64,000 nt of DNA from Macrostomum lignano (taxonomy: Eukaryota), in NCBI GenBank assembly GCA_002269645.1, contig NIVC01000581.1:186001-250000 (forward strand), written 5' to 3'. Both the position numbers and the translations under genes were made by a program. Below, one piece after another: positions 62,641 to 64,000 of this stretch (its first letter is position 1; every line of letters begins with the position of its first letter). The notes under the pieces were generated by a model. It searched no databases and had not been told where the DNA came from. It saw only the letters and a program-made list of their open reading frames with translations.

Positions 62641-64000
62641 CCTGCGCTCCAGCGATCAGGGGAGAGGCTGAGGGGATCAGCTGGAGGGCGAGACGGCCAG
62701 CGGCTCCGCAACCCCAAATCAATTTCCCTTCCATTTCTTTTCCCCCAAATCATGTTCGTTTATCAGGCAGGCCGGGGCGGAGCAGCGGGGACTCCGGGCT
62801 CTGGCACTGTTTGATGGATGACCATGACTGAATTTGCTCGGCTTCCCCATGTCCGCAAGTCTTGCCGATCAGCTCGTTGCCAACTGCTCAGCTATCCGCG
62901 TTCCCCTAAATTACCCGGCGATTGCTACTCCAACTTTGGAATCGGGAGCTGTCCCATATTGAGTTTTCCCTGCAGAGTGTTCACAGATCAGGGCATTGCG
63001 GCTCAGTCAGGGGCTTTGGCTGCTTTGAAAGCTAGTCTTAGCAAAAGCCCTGCATACTGCTACCAAATCAAAAAATCTAATTAGCAAGCTCATAAAATTC
63101 GATAGCAGTTTGATAGGTTCATAACCAGTTCTGTGTGTATCAGTTGCTTACAGAGCTCGTGCTGATGCTGAAACTGAAGCTGGACTTCGCGTAGTGAGTA
63201 TTTAGCCAGTCTGCATTGCTCAAGAGAGTGAGATATATCTACTGAGAAGTATAGCACATCAATCAAGCAAATTCTAGGCTTGTGACCCGCTTCTAGGACT
63301 CAGTGTGCAATTCAGCAGCGGGCAACTCCGGAGCCCGTCAGACCCCGCGCAGCCCCCAGTGCAGTGCAGACTTGCAAGTCCTTGGCTGCAGCCAGTCTTG
63401 ATGGCCGCCGTCTGTCTGCTGCACTTTGCAATCAGGAGCCAGGATGGGTGCAGTGGGCGTAACAGCAGGAGGAGCATGGAAACTTTTTTGCTGACTGCCC
63501 AGGGACATTTGTACGGTCGCATGTGCTGCACTAAGATTAGTGACGCTTATTTGAAAAAAAATTAACAGTTCTAATTTTTGCTTCTGGCTTTAACGAAAAG
63601 TTTCGGAAGTGCAGAGTTCGAGATGCAAAAGTACAAGGCAGCCTGAGTTTCTGACTTTTTGGGGACTCTCTCACTGGAGCGAGCTCTACTGCTCAAAGCT
63701 CTAACATTCTAGCTGTCACAGCGGTCCCCAAAGAAGAGCAGCGCACGGTCGCGCTCCAAGGCGAAGGAATAATGGGGCCGCGCCATCGACAGAATCCAGG
63801 GGCGACGGCGTCAGCCAGCAGACAGCCGATGAAACGCGGACTGCGCACCTGTCGTTTTCAACCGGTAGGGTGCCTGCCTGCGGAGCACAGATCGGCGCAG
63901 ATGAAGTGCCTGCCGGCTGGAGTCTCCGACGCCACAGGTCGCTTGGACGGACCGGATCTTCAGAGACTTACAAGTGAAAGCAAGGAAAAATACTGACTCG

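Noticed and set aside
62435-64000. Several 60-100-aa GC-rich ORFs near the window end
   Set aside because: No recognisable homology and no consistent exon chain.

Overview
Eukaryotic (metazoan) genomic DNA. GC-rich exons, short introns and very many minisatellites suggest a free-living flatworm such as Macrostomum; this is an inference and was not checked. Host genes: the first exon of PSMG1 (-), an 81-aa signal-peptide/single-TM microprotein (-), a 10-exon SLC38A11-like amino-acid transporter (+), a highly divergent 3-exon beta-like tubulin nested antisense in one of its introns, an intronless CAP59/GT69-like glycosyltransferase broken by one frameshift (+), two class-A GPCRs (+) and an intronless BCCIP (+). 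The rest is a mosaic of transposon relics: Ty3/gypsy gag-pro-RT, a CMC/EnSpm-like element with a CIDE-N + SAMD3-like second ORF, a long-TIR MULE-like element, an internally deleted DIRS/Ngaro-type tyrosine-recombinase retroelement, P-like and Harbinger-like MITEs, a 5'-truncated LOA-type LINE and a full-length decayed mariner. There are also more than 20 tandem repeats, which account for most long ORFs in the six-frame track. Best leads: the nested tail-less tubulin, the GPCR minisatellite that multiplies an in-frame 5' splice site six times, the HGT-candidate glycosyltransferase, the microprotein, the CIDE-N-carrying transposon and a U11-like structured RNA candidate.
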